DNA from: Octopus vulgaris
Taxonomy: Eukaryota
Reading direction: 5' to 3'
Assembly: GCA_951406725.2 (NCBI GenBank)
Contig: OX597823.1
Location: forward strand, 4,340,001-4,404,000
Length of the DNA stretch: 64,000 nt
Made by a program: the position numbers and the translations under genes. Every line of letters begins with the position of its first letter. The first letter of the stretch is position 1. Shown here piece after piece: positions 36,498 through 50,624 of this stretch. The notes below the pieces were generated by a model. That model was not told where the DNA came from, ran no database searches, and worked only from the letters and a program-made list of their open reading frames with translations.

Positions 36498-39400
36498 TAC
36501 TATTATTATTTCTTTGTTGGTGTTTATTTGCCTGTTATGTTTCATTATATTTCCCTAATTGGACACTCCTCTTCCGAAATACAGATCCTAGTGTATGTAG
36601 AAAGCATTTTGAAAGACCATTGGTTTCTTCTTTCTTAATATTGTTTGGAAACAGGAGAATGGCCATACAAAACTTTCTATTCTGGCTATATATTGAACAG
36701 CATTAGGTCATTGATGCATCCATAAAGATTTTGTAGAATGTATTTAGGGTGTATCAGCCTGATGGCTACCATCCTTTACCAAACTATATTAATAGTAGCT
36801 CACTTTTTTTTAAGTACTGGAAAATATAGAACATCACTAGTTTCCTTGGATTCTGCTGTATTAACAGTAGGATTTGAATCACTCAACACTTATTCAATGC
36901 TCCAGCTGTTTACTCTGGAAAGCTTTCCCAACTCATAGTATCTATTAGTTATTTACACTAGGCTTGAAAGAGTTTTAAGAATCTAGATTATGAATAGAGT
37001 ACAATGCTAGGGACAAGATATATACGGTTAATTGTTAATTCAGTAACCTAATACACTGTCAACTTGACTAGCCACAATTCTGAATTGTTAGAGAGTTTTA
37101 GATGATGATAACAGTTTTTAACTTCACATTACTTTCATTGCTTCATTGATGTAACAAAGAATTGTCAAGTTTGATCTTTTATCATTAAATGGAGGGGATA
37201 ATTGTCATTATGATTATCTTGTTGAATGACTGCCGTCTTCTTTCTGTGCTAATATAACTGCAAGTCTTTCACAACAAAGTAATATTTCAGGCTCGTTAAT
37301 ATTGATAATACTGGTTGAGCATTCAAGCTACTGCAGAATTAACTCTCAGACACCTGAGATTTCCGTGGTTCAAATCTCATTTTAAGTTGACGTTATTTTT
37401 TTTATACTCCACCAAACCAAAAGACTATTGTCAGAATCACCAAGAATGAAAAATATCAACCCAGGAGGAAAGCAAGAAGCTAATCAGATGTTTAGTGGCT
37501 TGAAACTTAATCATACAGCTCCTTTAAATTAAACGAAACTCTGCAATAAATCTAGATAAAAGAGTATTGGATGCTTTTACTATACTGTAACTTCTTTGAA
37601 GTTAAAATAGACATCTAGCTAACCGTTAAAAGTTTTTTTTTATGTCGTTAATATAAATAAAAACATTTCTTTGTTGTGTTTAAAACATCAGACTATATGA
37701 TTAAGATGATGCAATGCTCATTACCCTCATGAACTTACACTAACTAAGCATTGTGTAATGGTTTTAAGTAAAACAGACAACCACAATATTTTTCTCACTT
37801 CATTCATTCAAGCAGAAAATAAGACACTGTTCTCATTTTACAGTTGTTAGCATTTATTCAGCTGTCAAACGATGCATTTAAAATTCACATAAAGATGATC
37901 AAATTTGCAGCAACATCCCATTAGCATGGAGCAGGTTGCTATAAAACCTGTAAGCAAAAAAAAAAGGAAGAAAAGAAAATTAGAAAAAGTAGCCATACAA
38001 GATCCTGTCAGTTCTCAAATAATCAATAGTTAAGGAAGATACTAATTGACAAGGTTGCATAGAATGTTTTGGTTAATTGTTTCCATTGACAGAGCAACTA
38101 ACAGGAACTAGATAAGTAGGCCACCTGTTTGTTAGACATAAGGAATCTGCTATTTGAACCTCAACATGGTATTTTGTAAATTAATCTACATTAATTTTAT
38201 TTTCATTGACGGGTTATTGTTTGTTTTTTGTTTCTTAATGAAAATATCTTAGTAATTGTACTCCTTTTTGGCAAATTATTGTTTTGTTATGGGTGAATTT
38301 TGTTTTTGTTCTTAATAATCATTAATCAATATTTAACAATTATGTTTGATATAGTGTGCACCAACCATGAAAGTAATTCTTGAAGTACAAACCTAATATA
38401 TAAGTGCAAGCATCAAAGCTTATTCTTGATAAAAATCAATAAAATTTCCAATAAATCAGCTGAGAATTCAAACCTACCATTTGTTCTCAAAGAGTTCCAA
38501 ATAGATTTTGATAAGTGAGAGAGAGAGAGGGGCAGGAGAGAGTAATTGAAAGTTGTCTCTATTGATTTGTCTATTTGCTTGCAAACTGATGTGACAATTA
38601 GTGAGAACAAGTTGATTCAAACATCTATACCTACTGATTAACTGATAAGTTCAAGGTGTAATCTACTAATCTGTTGCTGCCATTTTAGAACAATAAAAAT
38701 GGGTTGTTGAAAAGAGAGAGAGAGAGATTACTAAGTCAGTTGAATATAGAGTCAAAATCACAAAAGTCAGATAGCTACAAAATGCATTGTGTGTGTGTGT
38801 AAAGGAGGCTGTTGTTCTTTAGTTAAGAGTCACTAAAATGTAATCACATTGGGTCACCCATTAATGTTATGACAATAATTGAGTGAGAAATGATTGAGTG
38901 ACAATAATTGAGTGAGAAATGATTGAGTGAAGAACAATTAACTAATTATGAAGATGGCCATTTATTTAACATGAGTTACGATATTAGTCGTTAGAATATA
39001 AAATAAATGATGTCACGTCGTTGTGTATACACATTGTTTGTAAATGCACTAAAATATTTCTTGTGGATCCATAATTCATTCTGTGTGGGAACTAGCTTCA
39101 TCTCTGGGCTACTAGAAAGAGAGAAAGTGAAAGTACCATTAAAAGTGAAGAGAGTGGTAAGTCGGTTCTCGTGGATCATGCTTGACTAGAAATTAGCTGA
39201 TGCTTCTTGTTTGGAGCCATCTCTTCCAAATAGATGGACTTAACATTTCACTGGGTATTTATAAGTTTGGCAATTAAAGTAGATCAACCTAAAACAATAG
39301 ATTTCTCCAGAATTATCTTTTCTGACCCTTCCACGACGGGTCATTAATATCTCAGTGCAGAGAGGAGAAAACAAAAGACCAGAAATTTGTTTGATAATTA

Positions 39401-40554
39401 ATAAAAATGTGGATTCGGTTTCGAATCCCCTTAGCTATACTGTAGCTGGTCGCAAAATATGTATGTATACACACACTTATACAAACACACAGAAGGACTA
39501 CAAAAAGTATGTTGCAAGATAGGGCAAAGCTGCCAAAATGGGGGATTTCAAGAGGGATAGCTTCTCAGGATTCAAGGGACCTATGAGATCCTTTATTTTT
39601 TTTTCTGGGTTGGGTCTGTCACATATTTATGCCTCTTTAGATTTTGGAACACTGTACTTCGTATAGGTCAAATGTGTCTGTGTTCTATTCATAGTTTGTA
39701 CTTTGCTCAGATGTCTTAGAGAGCATGGGATAATTAAAAGCTTGAAGGGATTTAAATTGCTTGATGAGAGGAACTTAGTGGAACATTAATAAGTGTAGCA
39801 GTTTTGATTTTTGACTTGAGGTAAAAGTTGGTTTGAGTTTTGGCTCAACCTTGAAATACACTTCAATACATCAACTATGATTTAACCACCAGCCAGAGGT
39901 GGTGGTGGTGGTGCGGTGGATTTGGTTCAGGCCAGTTGATATCAAAGATTTATCTTTGCCTTACACAAAAAGAAAAGGAAAATGAAATATTCAGGGATGG
40001 TTCAACGTAACCAAGATGTGGAATTATTTGAAAAACCCGTAACGGTTAGCACAAAAAAGAGCATCTAGTTCCAAGAAGTCTCATCCAGTCCATGAATAAA
40101 GTAACATGAAAATGACAACAATGATGATGAGGATGAGAGTAAGAAAGCAAAGCTAAATACTGAAAGCAGCATTACAATCCCAGTTCTCTACTACCTCAGC
40201 TGAATCCAAGATCTTTTTCTAGATTTGAGACAAGGCCAAGTTTTCTGCTTTTTATTAACCCTTCAGGGATGAAAGGTAAATTCTACCTCAGCAGGATTTG
40301 AACCCAGAACATTAAGTGACAAATGTTTTAAGTATTAAATTAGATGAGGAGAGACATTTATAGAATACTGACTTCATAAAATAAGGGTCTCTTGCTTTTT
40401 GACATGCCTGAGGAATAGAAAATAAAACCAATCTTTGTCAAATATGAACATAGAATATAAAAATAAATGTTATAATACATTTACTCTAGTTTTCTACCAT
40501 TTCATTCCCCTTCAACAGCAGAATGTCATTAATAGAGGAGTTCTTTTGTTGTGT

Positions 40555-40965
40555 TGTCTTTCATATTCTGAGCGCCTTGTTTCCCTGGGCATGGATTCAC
40601 TGAAGCTCCGGCGTCTGGCGACGGACTTGGTAAACACCCACAAGGTTATCAACCACCTCACCAACAACAACACTGAACACCTTTTTGATCTCCATGTGTC
40701 CAACACACGTGGACATGCCTACAAAGTCAGAAAACAACACAGCTCCCATGACTTTCGGAAACATTTTTTCACGCTCAGGGTTGCTGAAGCATGGAATAAA
40801 CTGCCTGCGTCAGTTGTTGACTGCCATGACACTGCATCCTTTAAGGCCCTCATGCTTTCCGAAATCCGCCGAAACTACACCTGATTATATATACACTTTA
40901 GATGAGTTGTAGTGCACCTGAGCACTGTACACAATTATTATTATTATTATTATTATTATATTATT
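40555..40965 (+). mobile_element. CR1-clade LINE 3' fragment with (ATT)n tail
   Basis: LSYSERLVSLGMDSLKLRRL...RGHAYKVRKQHSSHDFRKHFFTLRVAEAWNKLP; same family as 32594-33895, opposite orientation. Confidence 0.9.
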
Positions 40966-41506
40966 ATTATAGTGGAATTCAGGTTTGACAACTCTTCCCA
41001 TAAGTTTATTTGGTATTTTAGAAGGCTCATTTGAAACTCTGTTTGTGTACATGTGTGTATGCGCATGAACAAAACCTGGTTTATTTGAGATCATAATCAC
41101 TACAAATGCTAGATCTTTCAAATGTTAGTGGCTGTCTTTGTTAGCAACCCCAAAGACTATCCCTTTTTTTTCCAGGACCAGAATATCCTTGAGTCCTGAT
41201 CAATTTGCTGACTCTCTACAATGCAACACTACCCCTTATTTGGGACAGTGCTGTTGATACACAAACGTCCTAGATTGTCTTCAAAAGAAGGCCATTTCAT
41301 TGATTGACAAAGAGTCTCTAATACACTATAACCTCTTGTCCACAGACTTGCTGTCTCCTCTCTCTCTCTACTGCTTCCAGTACTAGTATGGTAGCTCTAC
41401 TTTTCCCCATTTAATTAGCTGGACACATCTTCCTTTCATTACCTCTGTGTCTCCCCTCCCCTCAAGCTCTACACTAGTTACAATACTCAATCCTTACTCC
41501 TTAGAA

Positions 41507-41744
41507 CAGTGGTTCTCATATGTAGCCCATATGATCCTTGTGGGGTCCCATATAAGATTTTGTTATCAGTAAAATTGGTCATGCTTCAAGACAATCAATT
41601 TTAACAATTTTTTATAGACAATTCCTAATAATATTTGATAATAAAAATATGATTGGATTTTTTAAAACATGGAAGTCTTGCAGAGTAAAATAGGAATAAA
41701 TAAGGTCTACAGGTAAAAAAAAAAAGAATGGTTGAGAACCACTG
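41507..41744. mobile_element. hAT (Charlie-like) MITE with 8-bp TSD
   Basis: TIRs CAGTGGTTCTCA / TGAGAACCACTG; flanks CCTTAGAA and CTTTAGAA. Confidence 0.85.
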
Positions 41745-41965
41745 CTTTAGAAGAGAACCACCTCCCTGTTCATCTACATTTTCTCTGCAATCATAAACTT
41801 ACCGATGTTTAAGCTGAACATAAACATAAACATTGATGTCAATAGTTTTGCAGAGTCTGTGATAGTTATATGGATTCTAAACCCTTCCTCCATAAAAACA
41901 GCTCTTGAATGAAATTAAAAATTCTAATTGTTGATAATAACTTGTAATTTTCTTTTAATTTCTAG

Positions 41966-42002
41966 AGAAAGAAAACTGCTGAAGATGAACTGCAATTCCA
42001 TG
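41966..42002 (+). CDS. YIPF1: YIPF1/2-family exon 2 (RKKTAEDELQFH, 37 nt)
   Basis: Polypyrimidine tract plus TAG acceptor, G|GTAAAC donor. DELQF resembles the DDLQF motif of YIPF1/2. Phase 0 to 1. Confidence 0.8.
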
Positions 42003-44219
42003 GTAAACGAATATTTTCATTTATGCCACAATATTATGTTTTTATGATCTGTTCCTGCTGCAGTTCTCATATATTTACTTTTTCAGTTCATTGCTTCACG
42101 TCTGTTTTAATACTTACTTCACACTTTATTAAAATGATACCTTATTAACTTCTAAATATAATCAATGATAATCTTTATATCCAACTTCACACGGATGCCT
42201 TGCTAGAACATCAAATACTGCATTATTAGCTTTGAGAGACCCTCCCGTTTAGGTGCTTGGAGCTGCAACATCAGCATCTGAAAAGATGCTGAAACGTTAT
42301 ATAGCATAGCAGTGAGATCTGACTGGCATAAGATGACAACTGAGGATGTCCAGTAGAGAGAAATCATGTGATATGAGAATTCCAGTGCCCATCACAGATG
42401 AATTTCATTTGCTACAATCTTCTATGTGTGTGTTTTTATGTCTCAAGTGCCTAAATGAGAGGATCTCCCAAGGTTAATAATGCAGTTTTCAGTGTTCTAA
42501 CAAAGTATCCATGTCAAGTCAGAGATATTAATACTGCTTCTGTCTAATAATAATCTAATAATAATGAATGATATTGATTGTTCTGTTTTATATGGATTTC
42601 AAAATAAATTCCAAACCCATGCTCAGAATTTGTCAAAGCATGGAATAAACTACCCGTGTCCATCATTAACTGTCAGGAAACTGCAATGTTTAATGAGTTT
42701 ATTATACTTCCATTTCTTAACATAATTTCCATGGCTGGATGCTCTTCCTATCAATATATGTGTGTGTAAGAGAGAGAGAGAGTGAGTTTATTTGTGACTG
42801 TAAATCATCTTAGGAAAGTGTCCTTGACCAAATGCATTGGACCAAATGAGTGAATTTGGTTGACAGAAACTAAAAGGAGCCTGTTATATATACTTGTGTG
42901 TGTGTGTGTGTGTGTGTCTGGTTGGGAGAGTTCCTGTTTCCCTTGTGCCTACTGGATTGTAATCAATGGCTTCCTGATGGTGCCATTTGTTTGCAGTCCA
43001 CCATGAAAATATGTCTGAACTTCTTGACATGTTGCACGGTCTTTGTAAACAAAAGGCTCGTTCATATGATGTCACTTGGTTCCATTCTCTGCATGTCCAG
43101 GTTGTTTGTTGTTCAACAGACTGGAAGTTTATCACCCCATTTGGAAATGATGTGGTTGTTCCAACGTACATCCGACCCATGCAAGTACTTAAAAGTAGAT
43201 GTTAAAACAATGAGGCAGAGGACGATGATGACCATAATGTTTCCTGTCCTGGACCATGGTTTCATTGGATTAGGCTTTTACATGCATATGTTGCTCATAC
43301 TTTTCTTTTACTAACTTAGCAAGTTTGACAGGCAAAATTGCCCATCAGGGTTTGAATCAAAATATATAATGTAATTTTTTATTATAGTAGTTGTTGTTGT
43401 TGTTGTTGTTAAGGCAGCAAACTAGCAGAATCTTTAGCACGCCCAACGAAATACTTAGCAATATCATCATCAACATCATCACTATTCCATACTGAACTGC
43501 ACAACAGACCTTCCTTGAATAGTTGTGCATCTATTTTTTTTTTCTTCAAGCCAAAGTTGCTAGCCTCTTACTCAATCATTCTTCATTTCTGGAGAAAAAG
43601 ATGTTATCAGATGTCTCTCATAACCTTTTTCCTGGAACATTATAGCCCTTTCAGAGAGAAAGATGTCCACCAGAACTTGACTGGTATGTTATTGAGAGGA
43701 TGCAAAGCAATGCTGACCTTGATGGGATTTGAACTCAGAACACAGGGAGCCAGAGCAAATACCACAAATCTTTCTATCCAATACTCTATCAACTCTACCA
43801 ATAATGTAAATATATGTCTAGTTAGCTATTGTCTGCATCATCATCATGGCCCAGTGTAATACAATGCATTTATAATATATTTTCTCTCTCATGGTGGCCA
43901 CCCACTTGTGAGCAAGAAAGGCTATTGCTGACCTTTAGGAACATTGTGCGAAATGGAGCTGCTCAGACACCCATGCAGCAACCGAATCCTCTCACTGTCT
44001 TGGGCGACAAGGAGACAACTTTATATCTAGCATGGGCCGCCTGTTTGCAGGTCACTGAGTACATGCTTCCAACCTGTCAGGTCTGCATGCTTCACCACCC
44101 TCCCATCGCCACAGGACTTCTGAATAAAAATAAAATAAATATATACTAAAAATAAAGATACATATATACTGAAAATAAATAAATATATACTAAAAACAAA
44201 CATACATATATTTACTGAA

Positions 44220-44224
<5 letters not shown>

Positions 44225-44280
<56 letters not shown>
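44225..44280. repeat. (TA)n microsatellite
   Basis: Direct reading. Confidence 0.95.
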
Positions 44281-44283
<3 letters not shown>

Positions 44284-45670
44284 GGGGGGAAAAAGCACAA
44301 CATATTGAGCAGAGGTCAGCAATGCCTGTGCAGAGTGTTAGGTCCAATAAGGCTTGCATGACACCTCATAGACCCTCTCCACTCTATTGACATTATCTTC
44401 TCCCCCCCCTCTCTCTCTATATATATATATTAAGGGCATTACTACACTTTAATGCCTCACGCTACGAGAGACTCTTAAAGTTAAAACTACCATAATAAAT
44501 ACAGTGTACCAAATGAAAAGGAACGCAACCCTTGAAGTGAGTCACTTAAAAACAGATCCAGCCGCATATCATATGATTTCATAATCAGTGCACAAAATGC
44601 ACTTTTTAATCTTCAGTGGAGGCATAATCAAGACACATAAAAATGAACAAAATAATCAATATACCAGATACCCATTCATCAAAGAGGATTCAGCTGTCTG
44701 ATCAACTGAATTACCTGCTCTTGAATTAATGTGTAAGTGACTGAGTATTCCTTACATGTACTCTTAACATAATTCTTTGGTAGAATCAATTTGATATAGT
44801 GTGTGGCTGGGCCATATCTTTTGAATTACTGGTACAGTTCATCTGATAAGCTTCTTATATGGTTTCCATCCACTCAGTTCTACTCACAATGACATGTGCC
44901 TGAGAAGCCATGTGATGGGATTGAACCTTGGACTTTGTGGTAACAAAAGAAACTTGTTAACCATCCAGCCATACTGCACTTACTCTCACTCTCTCTCTCT
45001 CTCTCACTCTCTGTTTCTCTCTCTCTCTAGATGCAACCTGGCTTGTTGGAAACCTATGACCTACAACATTATTGATCACTAATACATGATGTTAATAAAA
45101 AAAATTACTTTCTGGGTTTATTATTGTCTTATTTGTTCCTCTGATACAATGATCTGAGGATTGCATATATTTAGGAACTTTTAAACCTTGAAAAAAAGGG
45201 CTAAAGAAGAGTATGTTTAAAAACAAAGGACAAGAAATTAATTTGAGATTATTCTGAGACGCATATTCTGACTCGTGAGCACTTTTGCTTAATTAACTTC
45301 CTAAATTCTTCTCCAATAGAAAAAAACTGCAGTTGCTTTGCCATATTTTTTTAATATATATTTATTCAGTATTTGGTTAATCTAACTCAATCAGCTGCAA
45401 AATTTCTGAGATTCTTTTGTAGAAGTGGATTATTCCATACCAATCATGAGATTCCTCTGCTGTCTGCTTTCACCAATTTATGAAATTGTTCTTGTTGCCA
45501 TTGTCTTTCCAATTATTTGAGTTCTTCATATTTCTTTTTTCTTACTCTTTACATTCGAGAAGTCTGCTTGCTCTCATGCCACTGCATTTTATACTTGTCT
45601 TGATTTTTGATTTTTCATTTTTATGCCAGATGTGAAAGGTCTATTTCCTCTATGATTCACCATTTTTCAG

Positions 45671-45795
45671 ATATTGATCATAATCTGTCAGGGTCAAGGA
45701 AAGATGACATAGATATGGAGAAAGCGCAGACACACACATTTTCCAACTTTCCTCATTCTGCAGAATCTGATGAAGAAGAAGGAGATAAAACTGAG
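45671..45795 (+). CDS. YIPF1: YIPF1/2-family exon 3 (...SDEEEGDKTE)
   Basis: TTTTTCAG acceptor, GAG|GT donor, acidic tract plus DKTE as in YIPF1. Phase 1 to 0. Confidence 0.88.
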
Positions 45796-47503
45796 GTGTA
45801 TAATTTATTTCGTTTTTGTATTTGATTTTGTTAGATTCATGATGTGAATACATATGTTGAAACAAATTTTGTTGTATCTAGGGAGGGTCATTATGCCAAT
45901 AATAAACACACACATTGGTTCAATTTCACTTTATTATTTGTTAATTGGTTAGCTATTAACCAGTTTACTATCAATTCTTTGATTGATTATTCAGTTATGC
46001 TTGTCAAAGTCTTTTTGTCATCATTTGTGAACTCTTCAATGACATGCCATCTCTAAACCAGGTCAGCTTTAAGTCTTACAAAATTATTATTTTTATTGAA
46101 ACAAGGCCAGCTTGTTTTTCTCTTTGTGGCAGGGAGTATATTAAAATATGGGAAGTGATGTATGCATGTGTTTCTTTTAATGCCTAAGTTTTAATTTGCA
46201 TAATGTATATTGAGTAGTTTCCCCAAATTTGCCAACATTACTACTGATGTGCCTATGCAACCTTGCCTTTTTGTGGCTCCACTTTTCTGTATGTACTAAA
46301 CATGTACTTTTGACTGTCATTGCTTGCTTTCCACCCCCATTTTTATCCTTTCCTGATGAGTTGTAATGCACCTGAGCACTGTGTACAATAAGCTTATTAA
46401 TATCAAGGAAAGAGTTCCATTTTCCACTAAAATGAAATGGAAAAAATGTTGTTATACAAAATTACACATTCAGTGAGAGCTTTTGATATACCTCCACACT
46501 TTTCCTATATATTCCACACGTTTTATGCTAGTGTATATTTGTCATCAACACATATAATATTAATTTTAGAAAATTAACCCTAACCCTAACCCTACCACAT
46601 TTCTGTTGAAATATACCGCTTTTGTTTCAATTAGTTTTGCAAACCTAACCCTCTCTTCTAAAATGTGAATAGCTATGTTACCCTTCTACATCAAGAAACC
46701 TGTTCTACTCTGGCTCCTTCTCATACTTTAACCCCTCATCATGTAGCATAAAATTGCTTCTCTTGGGGTTCAGTCTTATAAGCTACATGCTAGTGCTAGT
46801 GGCATGAAAAAAGGAACCTTGTCTATGCTCTAAAGTGGTTGAGATTAGGAAGGCCATCAAGCCATATACACACAGATATCGATGATAGTCAAAGTAGACA
46901 GTAGTGGGTGGTGTATAATGCAGTCTTTAGATCTGTTAAACCCTATCAAATTGTCCAACCCATGCTAGCATGTCTGATAAGGGTGTCTGCTTGGTGCTAC
47001 AGACTGGGATTGTTATTTGTGATTGTTAGTGGGACCTGAAGTGTGATGTGACTGTTGTTCTTAGGATTGATAATGCTGTTAATAATTATTGTTTGTTTTG
47101 TGGTATATGTGATTTGCAAGAAATTGCTACAAAATCTTTCACAAATACTACCATACCATCTTTAAAATGGTTAAACATACAGGGTAGAGTATAATGCTCT
47201 TGTTGATTATGATGGTAAAACGTGACTGCAACATTCATTCAGTGTTTCAACCACAGAGCTGGTAACAGGATATGAACCACTGGACCAATAACCTCCTAAT
47301 TTAGCAACCTATACCTATTAAAACATACAAACATTTATCCATAAAATGTTTGTTAATTAATCTATTACTTAAATTGATATCATAGTATGAAAATATATAT
47401 ATATATATATATTGGGCAATGGTTACCAAAAGAAAACAGCATAGGAGGGGAAAGTCTTAACAAATGTTGTAATTAGTTTAAGACTTAAAATGAGGGGAAG
47501 GAG

Positions 47504-47539
47504 TCTTGATGTTTCAGACACTAATCCTTCATCAAAAGA
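47504..47539 (-). other. Decayed minimal hammerhead motif in a probable Penelope-like remnant
   Basis: Minus strand TCTT TTGATGA AGGATTAGTGTCT GAAA CA TC AAGA; core C3 is mutated to T. Confidence 0.5.
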
Positions 47540-47688
47540 AAATAAGAAAGAAAATGAGAAAAGGTGGTTGAAAGACAAAAAATAAAGTGTGGTCTGTGTG
47601 TGTGTAGGGTTGATGTTTTTCTGTCCGTTTGTCTTTTGTCTTCTCATTGGAATATCATATGATAATAGCTGTTTCAAACTACTTTCAG

Positions 47689-47857
47689 CTGCTGAAAGAT
47701 GAAAAGCGACTTTATCCGTTTTGGAAGTTTGATTATTATCAACAGTTTTTTGATGTGGATTCCAACCAAGTGTTTTGGCGTATCATGGGATCTATGACGC
47801 CAAATCCAAGAAGAAACTTTTTAAAATCTCAGATTCGGCCAAATCCTGATTTGTATG
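47689..47857 (+). CDS. YIPF1: YIPF1/2-family exon 4
   Basis: LLKDEKRLYPFWKFDYYQQFFDVDSNQVFWRIMGSMTPNPRRNFLKSQIRPNPDLY(G); CAG acceptor and GTATGT donor. Confidence 0.96.
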
Positions 47858-49460
47858 GTATGTTATTAAGTTTTTTCCTCTTTACAATTTCTTGTATTTT
47901 ATTAAACAAATTTTTTAATTAGTAAATTTTATTTTCTAATATTTCTAATAAATGGTTAATTTTAAAGTATTCCCAACCAATTTCCACTCTTGATCTCCTA
48001 AGTTTGCTGAACCATAATCTTATTCTGACATACATGTATTTCTGTTTAAGATTCCTGTCTTTGTATAGTAGAACAACCACTCTTATTTTACTGCTGAAAT
48101 AACATACCACGGAGGAGTATTTTCCCCATTTTCTGGAGTGAGATGTTGTGGTTAAGCCTCATTTAATAGCAATACCATCATGTGGCTTTTGGATGCATTT
48201 AATGGAATTCACTCTGTTTGCAAACATTTGACACACACACATGGTTCGCGTTTTTCTAACAGACAATAAACTGCAGATGTCCCACATGATAGCATAAGAA
48301 GGGCCTACAAAGATCATGAGGACTGACCTCTTCCATTCACTAATTTACAAAAAAAGATTTCAAATATTTGGAGTGTTTTTTTACATTTTTATTTAAATAT
48401 TTGAAAGCAGTTTTGAATGTTAGTTTTATTCAAAATCAAGTAAATATTACATTGTTATAGGTATAATGCTTTTGTTTGCAGATAATCTATACTACATATT
48501 CGATTATGTTGTTAATCATAACTTGATAATCATTAGAATAACAGCAAGATGTCTAAATAGATATGTCAGTCTAACCCTTTGTAGTAATATGTAGATAATG
48601 CATTGTTAACGAGGCCTAAAAAGACTGAAACATGTAACATTTGTCTGTGAATTAGGATTTAATTCTGGAGTTATCTCCCTTCCTCTTCTTGAATAGAATG
48701 AGTCATTCATGATAATGATTTTTTAAAATCATTACTTGGAGTGTCTTTCTAATAAATTAAAATTTTTTTGGCTTACCACACAAAACGTGTTAGAGACTAC
48801 TTGCTATTATTAATTTTTAGATGCAGCAGGCATCCCTGTATATCTCTTCCCAGCATCCATTACAGTAATTTTTCTAAATATTGCACTACCTGTTTATAGC
48901 TCAGGTGTTCGAATCTACTGCAGGCATTTTGTAGTGTTTCTAGACAGAGCATATTATTCTACATTGCCTCAGTTCAGTTAGCTGTCATGATTTGATACAA
49001 GAGCATTTGTTAATGCTTCCTGTGAAAGATTGCATCATATTTAGACTAAGATTTATTACTCACTATACTTAATGCCATAAACCCTGAGGTAAGCATTGGT
49101 TTTTAAAACCCCTCTCACATTAGAAAGCATCTATGTTTTATGTTAGATTACAGGTCTACAGAAACATCAACATACACCTCACCACTAACACTGCTTCTCA
49201 TCCCAAATAGTTCACTCACTTCAGTAAGATCTATGAAACATTTTGGCTCAGCTGCAAAAGCTGGGAGAACTTCCTAACAGTAGGTGACATGTTTTAGGAA
49301 TTTGATACAGAAAATTCTATTCAAATTAAGGTGTATTTACAATGTCTTACCAAAATCTCAGACATTCTTTGCCCTAGCTATATGTTGACTGAATCACAAA
49401 AATGGAATTAATGGTTTTTTTTATGAGAGTAATATGTTTTGTTTTCCTTCACCTTTCCAG

Positions 49461-49574
49461 GTCCTTTTTGGATATGTACAACTTTAGTATTCACCACTGC
49501 AATTGCTGGTAATCTTGCTAATTATTTTCAATCGAAAGGACAAAATTACCATTGGCAATATGATTTCCACAAAG
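49461..49574 (+). CDS. YIPF1: YIPF1/2-family exon 5
   Basis: GPFWICTTLVFTTAIAGNLANYFQSKGQNYHWQYDFHK completes the Yip1 DLYGP motif; canonical sites, phase 1 to 1. Confidence 0.96.
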
Positions 49575-50341
49575 GTATTTCATAATTATTTGTTTTCAGT
49601 TTTAAGTATTGTCTTTTGGTAAATTCTGAACTTTTTAACTATTTCTTTGACTTCCACAGCCAGTAATGGGTTTGAAACCTGAGCCATGGAGTTGCTTTAT
49701 CCCTTTCTTAGCAAACTTAGATTTCTTTGCTGTAACATGTTATTTGTTACTTGAGGTTTCAAAGTGAGGAAACATAAAATTAATGCCAAGCATGGCCATG
49801 TAGTTAAGAAGCTCACTTTGCAACCATGGGGTTTTGGGTTCAATCCTACTTCCTCCTACTGGCCAATTCTGCCTAAAATCTTTATCTAATCACCCCCATA
49901 ACTAGAACTCACTCACACACACACACACACACTCTCTCTCTCACTCTCTCTCAAAATCTATTCTTCTCACTTTCCTCTGCTTCTATTTTGCTCTCAACTG
50001 CTGGCCTTCAGAAATTCAAACAACTTATAAGTTTAATGTTTTATGAAATCTATTTTGCTGTTTGTGCTTTCAAACAGAGAAAGGTAGAGTTGGCTTGTCT
50101 CCTACAAAATTGGCCACCACTACTTTGTGTAATGGTAAAGAACAGAACTTAATTGCTTTATAGTCTTATTATCTAATTTTATCTCCCATATTTCTTAGTT
50201 CAGATCCTCCCATGTCCAGAATTGCTGTTTATAATTGAATCATTTGAATTAACTACAAAAAGAAATGCTTTGAAAACACAAGAAAATGTCAACATGAGAA
50301 GTGCAGAGGAAAGTAAAGTTTCTTTTTGTTTCTTATTTCAG

Positions 50342-50496
50342 TGACTTTTGCTGCAACTGCAATCTTTAGTTATTGGTGGATAATCCCAACAATGTTATTT
50401 GGATTATTATGGTGGAGAGGAAGTAGTGCTGGCTACAGTTTCCTGGAAATGATCAGTGTTTATGGATATTCGTTGGCTATTTACATACCTATTTCC
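50342..50496 (+). CDS. YIPF1: YIPF1/2-family exon 6
   Basis: VTFAATAIFSYWWIIPTMLFGLLWWRGSSAGYSFLEMISVYGYSLAIYIPIS; CAG acceptor and GTAAGT donor. Confidence 0.96.
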
Positions 50497-50624
50497 GTAA
50501 GTGACATAAACTTCCCATTGCAAACAGACCACTTCTCTCAAAATGTATGAGTTGCATTATGACTTCTTTTCTTCTATTTTAGTACCATTCTTAAAGTAGT
50601 GCCAATGGTCTTATCTACCTTTAA

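Noticed and set aside
46576-46594. (TAACCC)3 as an interstitial telomere
   Set aside because: Only three units, and they sit at the TTAACCCT end of a piggyBac-type MITE fragment.
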